In this document: positions 9,947 to 20,175 of the stretch, piece by piece
How the letters are laid out: each line of letters opens with the position of its first letter
Numbering within the stretch: position 1 is the first letter of the stretch
NCBI GenBank assembly: GCA_051117555.1
Contig: JBNPEG010000006.1
Span: 10,996-74,995 of the forward strand
DNA: 64,000 bases
DNA from: Elainellaceae cyanobacterium
GTDB taxonomy: Bacteria > Cyanobacteriota > Cyanobacteriia > CAZCXK01
Direction: 5' to 3'
Translations under genes and position numbers: made by a program
Notes under the pieces: model-generated
What the model was told of the DNA's origin: nothing
Databases searched by the model: none
What the model saw: only the letters and a program-made list of their open reading frames with translations

Positions 9947-11614
9947 CTATTCCTGTGGGTCTAGTGTGCTGGCATGTTCAATTTTTACATCGTTGAAGAG
10001 CGGACGATTGAAGCGTCCAACCTTGAACCCCTCTATGTCTGATTGAGAGGCATAAATCCATGACCAACCTGGCGTATAAACCGGGATCATAATGGCGTTT
10101 TTGAGCAGATAGGCCTGTACATTTCGAACCGCAATCAGCCGTTCGTCCGGGTTCAGGGTGGTGCGGGTCTGTTCTAAAAGACCGTCTAGTTCGTCAGAGT
10201 GATAGCCTTCATACGCCCCTGACGAGTGCCATAGAGCATAGAGAATATCTGGGTCATACCATGCCCAGCCCATTAAATTAAACATGCCCTTGCCCGTGTC
10301 TCGCTGATTTTCTAGCTTGACTCGGCTGTTCATAGTGCTGATGTCCATTATTTCAACGTCAGCACTGATCCCGACGTCACTCATCTGAGTTTTTAAGGCA
10401 TTAACAATTTTTTCACGATTGTCTCCTAGCCAGGTTATGAGCGTAACCTCTAGTGGATTATCTGCGCTGTAACCGAGTTCGGCTAGATAAGCTTTTGCTG
10501 TTTCTGGATTGTAGTCATAATCCACCCCGTCGCAAAATTCTGGGTCGTTGCCAAACATGCCACCCGCGGCAGGACATCTTTCTCGGGTTGCCCATTCGCC
10601 CCAGGCAGAGGCGATCGCAGCATCGGGATCAATCGCATGGGCGATCGCCTGGCGAGCACGGATGTCGTTGAAAGGTGGGCGCGATATAGTGAATTGCAAG
10701 AAGATAGCTTGTCCGGTATTTTCTGCCAAAACGGTTTTGAGGTGAGCATCTTGAGCGATCGCCTCCATTTCATCCAGGGGAGGATCAGAAATCAGGTGCA
10801 CCTGATCATCTTGAAGTTTAGACAGGCGAGTATACGATTCGGAAATTTGGCGAATCACCAGCCGTTCTAGATAGGGTGCTCCAGGATTTGCAACCGGACG
10901 ACCATAATTCACATAGTCAGGATTTCGTTCTAAGACCATTTCATAGCCAGGAGTCCGGCTCAACAGTTGCCACGGGCCGGTGCCAATAGCGGCATGGGTG
11001 CCAAATTCGTCCCCTAGGTCAGCATTGCTGTCGCAGATCATGCTGGCAAACGGATCGGCCATGAACGGCAGAAATGCGGCGAAGGGGTCTGTAAACCTAA
11101 ATTTAACCGTGAGCGGATCAACGATTTCGACGCCCGAAACAGGCCCCCAGCTTGCTTGGGTGAGACTCGGTTGATCGATATTGAGGGCACGATCTGCCGT
11201 AAATTTCACATCCTCAGCATTAAAGGGGGTGCCATCCTGACACAGGATGCCCTCATGCAGGGCAAATGTAATCACCTTCCCGTCTGCACTGACCGTCCAT
11301 TCTTTCGCAAGATTCGAAACGAGATGCCCATTCTCATCAAAGGCGAGCAGGGTGTCATAAATCTGGTCAAGAACCTGCCATGAGAAAATAGTCGAACTGC
11401 GATGGGGATCAAGAGATTCTGCATCACCGCCCCGTGCCCACACAAACGTAGTTTGACGGCTAGGGGCTGACGCAGAAGGAGTCGGAGTCGGAGAGTCTGG
11501 AGTCGCCTGACTGCTGCAGGCTGTAACGATCGCACACGAAACCAGGAGAACTTGTCGGTAAATCTTAGAATAAATCGAGTGCATGGGGAGCGAGAGGCGT
11601 TGAGCGGTCTGCAT
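9947..11614 (-). CDS. ABC transporter substrate-binding lipoprotein, family 5 (peptide/nickel/oligosaccharide type)
   Basis: Lipoprotein signal with Cys (IVTACSS). Characteristic SBP_bac_5 N-terminal block WARGGDAESLDPH. Length ~555 aa. Confidence 0.8.
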   Translation of the reverse strand: MQTAQRLSLPMHSIYSKIYRQVLLVSCAIVTACSSQATPDSPTPTPSASAPSRQTTFVWARGGDAESLDPHRSSTIFSWQVLDQIYDTLLAFDENGHLVSNLAKEWTVSADGKVITFALHEGILCQDGTPFNAEDVKFTADRALNIDQPSLTQASWGPVSGVEIVDPLTVKFRFTDPFAAFLPFMADPFASMICDSNADLGDEFGTHAAIGTGPWQLLSRTPGYEMVLERNPDYVNYGRPVANPGAPYLERLVIRQISESYTRLSKLQDDQVHLISDPPLDEMEAIAQDAHLKTVLAENTGQAIFLQFTISRPPFNDIRARQAIAHAIDPDAAIASAWGEWATRERCPAAGGMFGNDPEFCDGVDYDYNPETAKAYLAELGYSADNPLEVTLITWLGDNREKIVNALKTQMSDVGISADVEIMDISTMNSRVKLENQRDTGKGMFNLMGWAWYDPDILYALWHSSGAYEGYHSDELDGLLEQTRTTLNPDERLIAVRNVQAYLLKNAIMIPVYTPGWSWIYASQSDIEGFKVGRFNRPLFNDVKIEHASTLDPQE

Positions 11615-11770
11615 AGGTGTCCTGATGGCGATAGAAAATCACAGAATCTATCTGCAACGATTTTTCGATTGTCTCGGAGGTAATTCCGGATAGTTTCTAT
11701 GGCGTAGGCCAGGGGTAGGGCAGTCATTTCGCCGTAGTCAGACAACGGTGTTCATGTCAATCTTGCGCCT

Positions 11771-13372
11771 ATGCCAGCTTTGCAGGACGATAACGAAACT
11801 CATCAATGCATAATGTGTATGGCAAAAACTCGTGGTGCGATCGCAGCAGGTCATCCGCAAACAGTCGAAGCTGGGCTTGAGATGTTTCGGCTTGGGGGGA
11901 ATGCGTTTGATGCCGCGATCGCCTCTGTTCTAGCATCGTTTATCACCGAACCTGCACTCACCTCACCCGCAGGTGGGGGTTTTTTGCTGGCGCATACGGC
12001 TCAAAATCAGCAGATTCTGTTTGATTTCTTTGCTCAAACTCCACGACAAAAACAACCTCTAGATCAGATTGATTTTTATCCGATTCAGGTCGATTTTGGG
12101 ACAGCCGTTCAGGAATTTCATGTCGGTTTGGGATCAATGGCAGTTCCAGGGGCGATCGCGGGTGTCTTTCACGTTCACCAAAGGCTAGGTCGCTTGCCCC
12201 TCCATGTCGTCGCTGAGCCTGCGATTCACTACGCAAAATATGGCATCGGTCTGAGCGAGCTCCAAGCCTATTGTTTCGATATTCTCTCTCCCATCTTGCT
12301 GGCGGACGATGCCATGAAAGCGGTGGTTGCGCCTCACGGAACGCTGCTGAAAGCAGGGGATCAGCTGCGTATGACTGATTTGGCAGACACTCTCACCTAT
12401 TTAATCAATCACGGAGCACGAGAATTTTATGAAGGTGATATTGCCCACCAACTTGTTCGAGACTGTCAGATTCGAGGGGGCTATCTAACGCTCGATGATT
12501 TGCGTCACTATCAAGTAATCGAGCGCACTCCGCTGACGACGCAGTATCGAGGCAAAACTCTGCTGACAAACCCACCTCCTAGCTCGGGAGGCGCACTCAT
12601 CGCATTTTCGTTGGCACTGCTGTCCATGATTGATGTGGGTCGGCTCGATTTTGGCTCGGCAGAGCACATAAGTATTCTCGCCCACGCCATGAGCCTAACG
12701 AATCAGGCCCGAACGGACGGCTATGATCAGCACTTATACGATCCCGATATTTTGCACACATTTTTATCAGCTGACCATCTCAGCTCCTATCGGCATTTGT
12801 TTTCTAGCGTCACCAACAAATGGGGAAGCACGACGCACATCAGCGTGCTCGATGAAGACGGAAATGCAGCTAGTGTCACGGCCTCCAATGGAGAGGGCGC
12901 ATCGTATGTAATTCCTGGAACAGGCATTATGATGAACAACATGCTGGGAGAGGCTGACTTACACCCAACCGGATTTCACCACTGGCGTGAAAATGTTCGA
13001 ATTTCGTCGATGATGGCTCCTACGATCGTGTTGGGCCATGATTATCCTGAGATTGTAACGGGTTCTGGCGGTTCTAACCGCATTCGCACGGCAATTTTAC
13101 AGATTATCTCGAACCTAATCGATTTCAAGATGCCTGTGAATGATGCCGTCAATCGGGGGCGGATTCACTGGGAAAATGGCGTTCTCAACCTTGAACCCGG
13201 CTTTGACGTAGATGTGGACGCAGCCATGCTGCCCGCTGATAGCGTGATTCTTCCATGGAGTCAGCACAATTTATTCTTCGGAGGCGTGCATACGGTCACG
13301 CAGCTTGCCCCTAGTCAGTTTGAGGGAGCAGGCGATCGCCGCCGTAGTGGAGCGTTCGCTCAATGTGATTAG
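11771..13372 (+). CDS. ggt: gamma-glutamyltransferase
   Basis: Ntn-hydrolase autoprocessing/nucleophile site GSTTHISVLDEDGNAASVTASNG. Conserved GGT small-subunit motifs. Length ~530 aa. Confidence 0.85.
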   Translation: MPALQDDNETHQCIMCMAKTRGAIAAGHPQTVEAGLEMFRLGGNAFDAAIASVLASFITEPALTSPAGGGFLLAHTAQNQQILFDFFAQTPRQKQPLDQIDFYPIQVDFGTAVQEFHVGLGSMAVPGAIAGVFHVHQRLGRLPLHVVAEPAIHYAKYGIGLSELQAYCFDILSPILLADDAMKAVVAPHGTLLKAGDQLRMTDLADTLTYLINHGAREFYEGDIAHQLVRDCQIRGGYLTLDDLRHYQVIERTPLTTQYRGKTLLTNPPPSSGGALIAFSLALLSMIDVGRLDFGSAEHISILAHAMSLTNQARTDGYDQHLYDPDILHTFLSADHLSSYRHLFSSVTNKWGSTTHISVLDEDGNAASVTASNGEGASYVIPGTGIMMNNMLGEADLHPTGFHHWRENVRISSMMAPTIVLGHDYPEIVTGSGGSNRIRTAILQIISNLIDFKMPVNDAVNRGRIHWENGVLNLEPGFDVDVDAAMLPADSVILPWSQHNLFFGGVHTVTQLAPSQFEGAGDRRRSGAFAQCD

Positions 13373-13441
13373 AATCCTATGCCAACGATGCGCCAAAGAA
13401 GCCAAATCCCTACATTGCTCTCATTTGGCACCATAAGCAGA

Positions 13442-14329
13442 TTACGGTAATGTTTGCTGAGGAATGCGACCCACTTCATCGGCAGGAGAGGATTGATCCC
13501 GAAATTGGCGAAATCCTTCGCTGGCAGGAGAGGATTGATCCCGAAATTGGCGAAATCCTTCGCTAAAGAAAATTAGCCAGATTAGCACACCCGCGATCGC
13601 CAACGCTGCAAATGCAGACAATCCGGTAAGCAACTGACCTATATCAATAGGATTAGAAACCATGGAGCGACTAGTCGGGCGACGACGAGGCACGGGAGGC
13701 GATCGCTTGGGGGGCGGGGGCGGCTTTACCCGTGTGGTTGTCGTCGGTGATTTGACGTTGGGCTTAGGGCTCGTAGTCACGGGGGCGGGGTGAAACGTTC
13801 CTGCTGCTTTCATTTGCTGGAGTTTTTGGCTGATGGCGACAGGGCGTTGCCCGGTACGACTCCAGTTCAATAAGGTTGATCCAGGAATTGCCGTCAGATT
13901 TGGGGTCTGAATATCGTAAATACGCTGGAGAATGGAGCGATCGCTTGCGACAAGCACAACTAAACTGGCAGGATGCTGCTGTGCCAACCCATAGGCACAG
14001 CGGGCAACGGCTAGCCCAACGCGGGTGCGTCGAGTTAGGCCATACCCCGTTGTAGACTTCAGCAACGGATGATGCCCAACCACCTCAGTAATTTTCCAAC
14101 CACTCGTTGCGTAGAATCGGTTGAATTCTCTCGCAGTGCGCTCCAAGTCGGGATCAGGCGATCGGTCATAGAGAAAGCGCATCTCTTCATAGATGACCTG
14201 AGGCAGATAACACACCCCTGCTCGCGAGAATCCCAGCCAGTCCCGCGTGGTCGTGGTGGATAGGGTACTGATATCCAAAACCAACAAAATAGGCGGAACG
14301 ACTGCCATATATTTAACCTCCGATGCCAA
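13442..14329 (-). CDS. membrane-anchored protein with N-terminal PIN-like domain, Pro/Thr-rich linker, single C-terminal TM helix and duplicated 14-aa C-terminal repeat
   Basis: N-terminus LLVLDISTL...YLPQVIYEEM...LVVLVASDRSILQRIY resembles the PIN fold acidic-residue pattern. Followed by PTTTTRVKPPPPPKRSPPVPRRRP, a hydrophobic helix LLTGLSAFAALAIAGVLIWLIFF, then SEGFRQFRDQSSPA x2. Start overlaps the stop of the upstream S2P gene. Confidence 0.4.
   Translation of the reverse strand: MASEVKYMAVVPPILLVLDISTLSTTTTRDWLGFSRAGVCYLPQVIYEEMRFLYDRSPDPDLERTAREFNRFYATSGWKITEVVGHHPLLKSTTGYGLTRRTRVGLAVARCAYGLAQQHPASLVVLVASDRSILQRIYDIQTPNLTAIPGSTLLNWSRTGQRPVAISQKLQQMKAAGTFHPAPVTTSPKPNVKSPTTTTRVKPPPPPKRSPPVPRRRPTSRSMVSNPIDIGQLLTGLSAFAALAIAGVLIWLIFFSEGFRQFRDQSSPASEGFRQFRDQSSPADEVGRIPQQTLP
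13481..13564. repeat. perfect 42-bp tandem duplication (x2) within the 3' end of the PIN-like gene
   Basis: ggcaggagaggattgatcccgaaattggcgaaatccttcgct occurs twice back-to-back with 100% identity. Confidence 0.85.
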
Positions 14330-15863
14330 GTCGACCTGCTAAGCCAGGGGTTAACGGAAGCAAAGTAGCTGCCATTAGAAACAATGCCAACAATCCTAAT
14401 GCGGCTCTCGCATCATCAGGTTCAGATAGCTCATTTAGACTCGGGCGTTCTAAATCTCGCTGGATGAACAAAATGACGATTGCCCAATAAAGAGCAAGCG
14501 GATTCGCTAAGGTAGCTATTCCTAAGACAATGAGAGTCGCAATGGTTGCGCGTCTAGCAACTTTGCGCCCATAAATAGATTGCACAATTCGCCCTCCATC
14601 AAGTTGACCAGCCGGCATGAGATTAATCGCAGTAATCACCAAGCCAAGCCAACCAATCATCGTAAAAGGGTGAATATCAACCAAGGGTTGCTGCATTGCA
14701 GACCCCAAAATGACTCGTGCCAAAGTTCCGACGAGAATTGACCCCTGGAAAAATTCAGTTGGAACCTGGAACAAACTACCCTGATGGGATAATACTAGAC
14801 CTATGACCAGCAATCCAAGAGATAATACACCGCCCGCTGCTGGTCCTGCAAAGGCAACGTCAAACAAAATGTTGCGATTCGGCAGAAGTGATTCAAACCG
14901 AGTCAACGCACCAAACGATCCGATCTGCAAGGTGGGAATAAAGAAGGGTGGACTTAGGGAAATATTGTGCCGTTTGGCTAATACTCGATGTCCAATTTCA
15001 TGAACGGCTAATACCAACACGATCAGGCTTGTCAGGGGCAGGATTTCTGCCCAGTGAGTGGTATCTCGAAAGACATCAAACCCTAATAGCAGCCCTGCGG
15101 TTTCTGCACATGTGGCAATTGTAGCGATCGCCAGTAATGCAGCCACAATGCCTTGTACGGTCGTCGTGGGTTTGGGGTCATTCGTGCTCGGCAAGGCAAT
15201 CATGGTTGGCCGCCCCTCAGAACCCTCGACCAAAAACAACCGATAGCGATCGCCCATCCGCTCTGCCAAACTTTTAGAAAGACGGTCATGAACCGGATCG
15301 GGGTCGCCCCGTAAATTCCCCTTGAAGATTGCCCCGTCTTGATAGGGAATCGTATCGGTTACAAAAAACGTATCAATGCCAAATATCCCTTGAATAGACT
15401 TCAAATCATCCTCGGGAATTGTCGGCTGAGCACCATTGGATTTCTCGGACGTTGTGACTTTTTCAGTAATCAGCTTCGCTTTCGGTGCATCGATATCGTC
15501 AGCCGAGGGCTGGGACTCCGGTGTAGAGGTTGCCCCATTCGGTGACGATGCATCGCCAGCTCCCTCTTGAATCGGATCGTTCGTGCTTAAGAATCGATTC
15601 GAACGATTTGAGCGATGCCCTTCCGCCCTGAGCCGATTGCCTAGGAAAATATAAACTCCCGTCGATATTACTAGAAGCACTAGAATACCAACCAAATTGA
15701 GATAAATTCCTGCAGCAAACAAGCCAAAGAAAATGAGCCAGGGTGCCATTAGCGCCACCGACTGAAGCCAAGATAATATGCCTACCTTGCCATACGGTTT
15801 AGCTCGATAGAAGCCCCAACCCAAAATTCCAATCGCGACCAGAAGAACTAAAGCAGTAATCAT
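14313..15863 (-). CDS. site-2 protease, EGY-type (M50 family intramembrane zinc metalloprotease)
   Basis: HExxH in a TM helix (LAVHEIGHRVLAKRHNI). GNLR motif (FKGNLRGDP) diagnostic of EGY1/EGY2-like S2Ps. Multiple TM segments. Confidence 0.8.
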   Translation of the reverse strand: MITALVLLVAIGILGWGFYRAKPYGKVGILSWLQSVALMAPWLIFFGLFAAGIYLNLVGILVLLVISTGVYIFLGNRLRAEGHRSNRSNRFLSTNDPIQEGAGDASSPNGATSTPESQPSADDIDAPKAKLITEKVTTSEKSNGAQPTIPEDDLKSIQGIFGIDTFFVTDTIPYQDGAIFKGNLRGDPDPVHDRLSKSLAERMGDRYRLFLVEGSEGRPTMIALPSTNDPKPTTTVQGIVAALLAIATIATCAETAGLLLGFDVFRDTTHWAEILPLTSLIVLVLAVHEIGHRVLAKRHNISLSPPFFIPTLQIGSFGALTRFESLLPNRNILFDVAFAGPAAGGVLSLGLLVIGLVLSHQGSLFQVPTEFFQGSILVGTLARVILGSAMQQPLVDIHPFTMIGWLGLVITAINLMPAGQLDGGRIVQSIYGRKVARRATIATLIVLGIATLANPLALYWAIVILFIQRDLERPSLNELSEPDDARAALGLLALFLMAATLLPLTPGLAGRLGIGG

Positions 15864-16162
15864 TGTTTAATCGAAGCGTATTGCCCGAGAGCTAACCCTT
15901 GTCCGCGTCTAATGACTGTAGTTTTCCTCAAAGAAATGTAAGCTTCAAGCCAACTATAATCTAGACCGATCTTGGCAGTGAACTCCGCTGAATTCTATCG
16001 TTAAACTCTACACGGTTAAATTACCCTGTGTTTACGCTATCAATCTGCTGTCGACAATTCAACGGATATTGATGAGTTCATTAGTTTACTCTAACTGAGA
16101 GTGATGATCTTAACTGCATTCATGATTTTTTAGGGATGATTTTTTGGGACTGATATAGATAT

Positions 16163-16420
16163 TGATATATAGCAATCACAGGATATGTAGCAATCACAGA
16201 TGCGTTGTGAGCGGTGGGGCGGTCGGCGTATGCGTCTAGCGCATGTGTGAGATCCCCCGCTGACGCTGCCCGAAAAAGGGGGCATTTACAGGTCGTTGAA
16301 GTCCCCCTTTTCAAGGGGGATTTAGGGGGATCTCTAGGGCGTTACGCTAAATACATACCGGTCGGCGACCGCCCCACCGCTCACACACAATTTACAAGCA
16401 ATTTAAGGATCGCTATATAG
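16163..16420. repeat. foldback / MITE-like dispersed palindromic element (copy A, full length)
   Basis: Long imperfect palindrome. Inner TIRs tgtgagcggtggggcggtc (16206-16224) and gaccgccccaccgctcaca (16367-16385). Outer ends atatagcaatc ... gatcgctatat. The interior is rich in ccccc/ggggg hairpins. Related copies at 60802-60875 and 42100-42270. Confidence 0.5.
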
Positions 16421-16555
16421 AGATTGTGCGATCGCATCAGATGGATCGTTCTGGTGTATAAAGAGAATCTATATGTTAAGCCGTCCAAAGTCATCAAGCG
16501 CTGACCTGTTTAACATCATCAAAGGACTTACATTAGAATCATCGAGGACTAGAGA

Positions 16556-17206
16556 ATGAAGCTGATTTTGATTGGACCCCCCGGCAGTGGGAAAGGAACT
16601 CAAGCGATGCGCCTCGAGCGGCAACGGGGAATCAAACAGCTTTCAACCGGTGACATGCTCCGAGCCGCTGTTGCGTCAGGCTCTGACTTAGGCCATCAGG
16701 TTAAAGAAATCATGGATGCAGGGAAACTGGTGCCTGATGGCATCATGGTTGCCATGATTGCAGAGCGAATTGAGCAGCCCGATTGTGATGATGGCTTCTT
16801 GTTAGATGGCTTTCCTCGCACGATCGCCCAAGCAGAAGCTCTCGATCAAATGCTTGCTGGCAAAGGCACTGAGCTTGATCAAGTGATCGAGATTCGAGTC
16901 AACCAGGACGCCCTGATTGAACGAGTCTCTGGACGATTTACCTGTGCCCACTGTGGAGAGGGATACCACGACACATTTAAACGTCCGCACGTTGAAGGCG
17001 TTTGTGATATTTGTGGTTCTACCAAATTTAAATGTCGAGCTGATGATAATCCAGAATCGATGAAGAATCGATTGGATGCATTTCATGCCCAAACAGAACC
17101 GCTATTGCCTTACTATGGCCGACAAGGGAAATTAGCCACGGTAGACGGTATGGAAAGTATTGATGAGGTAGCGAAAAAGATTGATAAGGTGCTCAATACA
17201 GTTTAA
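16556..17206 (+). CDS. adk: adenylate kinase (long form with zinc-binding lid)
   Basis: [18 protein letters not shown]-loop. Lid with CAHCGEGYH...CDICGS four-Cys motif. Confidence 0.95.
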   Translation: MKLILIGPPGSGKGTQAMRLERQRGIKQLSTGDMLRAAVASGSDLGHQVKEIMDAGKLVPDGIMVAMIAERIEQPDCDDGFLLDGFPRTIAQAEALDQMLAGKGTELDQVIEIRVNQDALIERVSGRFTCAHCGEGYHDTFKRPHVEGVCDICGSTKFKCRADDNPESMKNRLDAFHAQTEPLLPYYGRQGKLATVDGMESIDEVAKKIDKVLNTV

Positions 17207-17308
17207 GACCTGATGAGCACTCGGTCGGGAATAGAGGGAGTTTGTTAGACTAAGAAAACGCGAAAGTTTCCGGTTTATCTCATCTATTTTGCTGACTGAG
17301 GACGTAAC

Positions 17309-18781
17309 ATGTCGCCAAGTACGCTATTGCTCTCTAGAGAACTGCCCACGCTTCAGTATTCATCTACGCGCGATCGCTTCGACGAAAGTTGGGAAGCTCC
17401 GCTCTCTACTCTCCTAGGTCTTGGGCGCGCAGCGGGCGCTGACTTCATAGAATTCTTTCTAGAGCGCGTCAGCTACGTCAGCTGTCTCGCTGAAGATGAT
17501 GCGATTACGAGCATCTCTCCCCGACTATCTACAGGTGCCGGGGTAAGGGTCTTTCGCGGCAACGGAGATTGCTATGTCAGCACCAACGATCTATCCTTTG
17601 CAGGATTGAAAACTGCTTTAGAAAAAGGGCTTTCAATTTTGGGATTACACATGCCCGCGCCCTACGCTCATGTCCCTGAAATCAATCTTGAATTGCTGCG
17701 AGACTATGCATCCGCTCGTGGAAAGGAGAACTGGCTAGCGAATAGCAGCTCGATGCAAGATATGGGAGATGTGCTGTTGAGCGCAACCCACCAGCTCCAA
17801 CGAAAAGCGAATCATGTTCAGTCTCGCCGAGCTGTCTATTTTCGCGATTGGCAAGAGATATTAGTTGCGGCAAGCGATGGCACGTTTGCTCGTGACATCC
17901 GCTTAACCCAATCCGTCGGTTGCAATTTACTGTGCGCCGAAAATGACCATCGTTCGTCAATAAGCAAGCGAGTCGGAAGTACAGGTGATCCCAATTTCTT
18001 GCAGAATTGGAATTATGAATCTGTGGCTGACGAGGTTGCTGATTCTGCCGGCAAAATGCTCCATGCCGATTATGTTGAATCAGGCACCTATCCAATTATC
18101 ATGGCGAATGAATTTGGCGGAGTCATCTTTCACGAAGCCTGCGGTCATTTACTCGAAACGACTCAAATTGAACGAAAGACGACTCCCTTCGCCAAACGAA
18201 AAGGTGAAAAAATTGCCCACGAGAGCCTAACGGCTTGGGATGAAGGGCTCTCTCCACATGCCTTTGGCACGATCGACATGGACGATGAAGGCATGCCCGC
18301 CCAGCGCACTCTGCTCATCGAAAATGGAGTGTTAAAGAATTTCTTATCGGATCGAGCCGGATCGGTGCGCACGGGGCATCCTCGTACGGGCAGCGGACGT
18401 CGTCAAGGCTATACGTACGCAGCAGCAAGTCGGATGCGAAATACCTACATTGCACCAGGCGACCATTCGATCGATGACCTATTTGCGTCCGTTGACAAAG
18501 GAATTTATTGCAAGAAGATGGGCGGTGGCAGCGTCGGCCCCACAGGCGAATTTAACTTTGGTGTCGAGGAAGCTTACCTGATTGAGAATGGCAAGCTAAC
18601 GAAGCCGTTGAAGGGTGCAATCTTAATCGGGGAGGCCAAAGAAATCATGAACAAGATTTCGATGTGCTCTCAAGATTTGGGACTGGCTGCGGGGTTCTGT
18701 GGCTCTGTCAGCGGCAGCATTTACGTTACCGTTGGGCAGCCTCACTTAAAGGTAGATTCAATCACTGTGGGAGGGCGATAG
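17309..18781 (+). CDS. tldD: TldD-family metalloprotease
   Basis: HEACGHLLE motif. Length 490 aa. Immediately followed by a PmbA/TldE paralogue. Confidence 0.85.
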   Translation: MSPSTLLLSRELPTLQYSSTRDRFDESWEAPLSTLLGLGRAAGADFIEFFLERVSYVSCLAEDDAITSISPRLSTGAGVRVFRGNGDCYVSTNDLSFAGLKTALEKGLSILGLHMPAPYAHVPEINLELLRDYASARGKENWLANSSSMQDMGDVLLSATHQLQRKANHVQSRRAVYFRDWQEILVAASDGTFARDIRLTQSVGCNLLCAENDHRSSISKRVGSTGDPNFLQNWNYESVADEVADSAGKMLHADYVESGTYPIIMANEFGGVIFHEACGHLLETTQIERKTTPFAKRKGEKIAHESLTAWDEGLSPHAFGTIDMDDEGMPAQRTLLIENGVLKNFLSDRAGSVRTGHPRTGSGRRQGYTYAAASRMRNTYIAPGDHSIDDLFASVDKGIYCKKMGGGSVGPTGEFNFGVEEAYLIENGKLTKPLKGAILIGEAKEIMNKISMCSQDLGLAAGFCGSVSGSIYVTVGQPHLKVDSITVGGR

Positions 18782-18787
18782 AAAACA

Positions 18788-20131
18788 ATGCCAACAACTG
18801 TTCAAGATATCTCATCGTATGCTGAAACCAATGCGCGTCAACTCGGCATTACGAAATATGACATCTATGGTTCATCCGTCGATGAAACCAATGTGCAAGT
18901 TGACCATGGTGAACCTAAACAAGTCAAAGCATCTCAGCGCTCCAGCGTCATTGTTCGTGTCTGGAATTCAGACAATACAATTGGGGTGACATCCACAACC
19001 GATGTCGATTCTCAAGGAATCGAACTAGCTTTGAAGACTGCGTACGATGCAAGCACGTTTGGGCCCAAAGAACATGTCCCTGACTTCAGCCCCGAAGCAA
19101 CGTTACCCAGTGCAGACCTTGGCGACCAAACGGCTCCTCAAGTTCTTGTTTCTCGATTGATTGAGACGTTGATTGCAGCAGAAAAGGCGCTTTTAGAGGC
19201 TCATCCTGCGATCGCGGGCGTGCCGTATAATGGTGTCTCTCAACGCGATATTAACAAGTTTTATCTCAATAGCGATGGGGCTTTACGTCAGGAGGCATGC
19301 TCATACGCCTCAATTTATCTCTATAGCAAAACTGAGCAAGACGGCAAAAAACCCCGCAGCGCAGGTGCCTACAAAGTGGCGCGTCATCTAGAAAAGCTCG
19401 ACATCGAAGGCTGCTTGCAAGAAGCTGCTGAAAAAACGATCAGCCATCTAAATTATCAAAAAATCAAGACTGGAAAGTATCGGGTTGTTTTTTCGCCTGA
19501 AGCATTTTTGAGTCTATTAGGAGCTTTCTCAAACCTATACAATGCCCAGAGCATCTTAGATAAACAAAGTTTATCGACTCCCGACTCATTGGGACAACAA
19601 ATCGCATCGCCCCTGCTATCGGTCAACGATGACGCGCTACACCCTGAAAATGTTGCCAAGGAAGCCTTTGACGGTGAAGGAACGCCAACTCGTCGAGTTC
19701 CTTTAATTACAGATGGTGTGCTCACGAGTCTGATCCATAGTGCAGGAACCGCAAAACGGCTTCATGCAAAGCCAACCGGAAATGCCAATATTGGGGCAAA
19801 AGTCACAGTCAGTTCCAATTTCTATCACGTTTTTGCAGGACAGCCTGCAAATCAACGCTACAGCTTAGACACGGCTGACAATGTAATTTTGATTGATGAT
19901 TTGAGTGCTCTTCATGCTGGGGTTAGTGCTCTGCAAGGTTCTTTCTCCCTACCCTTTGATGGTTGGTTGATTAACAAAGGTGAACGTATCAGCATCGATT
20001 CTGCTACGATTGCCGGAGATTTTCGTGACCTGCTGAAATCCATCATTTTCGTTGAGTCTGACCCTGAAATTATGCCGGGGGGGATCTGTCCTAGAATTTG
20101 GGTGGATAATCTGTCTGTGACTGGAGAATAA
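18788..20131 (+). CDS. pmbA: PmbA/TldE-family protein (TldD partner)
   Basis: Adjacent to tldD with a 6-bp gap. TldD/PmbA fold-like C-terminal region, with the degenerate metal-binding motif typical of TldE. Confidence 0.75.
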   Translation: MPTTVQDISSYAETNARQLGITKYDIYGSSVDETNVQVDHGEPKQVKASQRSSVIVRVWNSDNTIGVTSTTDVDSQGIELALKTAYDASTFGPKEHVPDFSPEATLPSADLGDQTAPQVLVSRLIETLIAAEKALLEAHPAIAGVPYNGVSQRDINKFYLNSDGALRQEACSYASIYLYSKTEQDGKKPRSAGAYKVARHLEKLDIEGCLQEAAEKTISHLNYQKIKTGKYRVVFSPEAFLSLLGAFSNLYNAQSILDKQSLSTPDSLGQQIASPLLSVNDDALHPENVAKEAFDGEGTPTRRVPLITDGVLTSLIHSAGTAKRLHAKPTGNANIGAKVTVSSNFYHVFAGQPANQRYSLDTADNVILIDDLSALHAGVSALQGSFSLPFDGWLINKGERISIDSATIAGDFRDLLKSIIFVESDPEIMPGGICPRIWVDNLSVTGE

Positions 20132-20175
20132 GTCGCATTCGGTATTGTCTGTGTCCCTAACCTAGCTCCTGAGGC

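Noticed and set aside
16120-16420. ORF-track entries 16120-16314(-) and 16214-16420(+) as genes
   Set aside because: Both lie entirely inside the palindromic foldback repeat, and their translations are low-complexity. Their apparent openness is a consequence of the palindrome.
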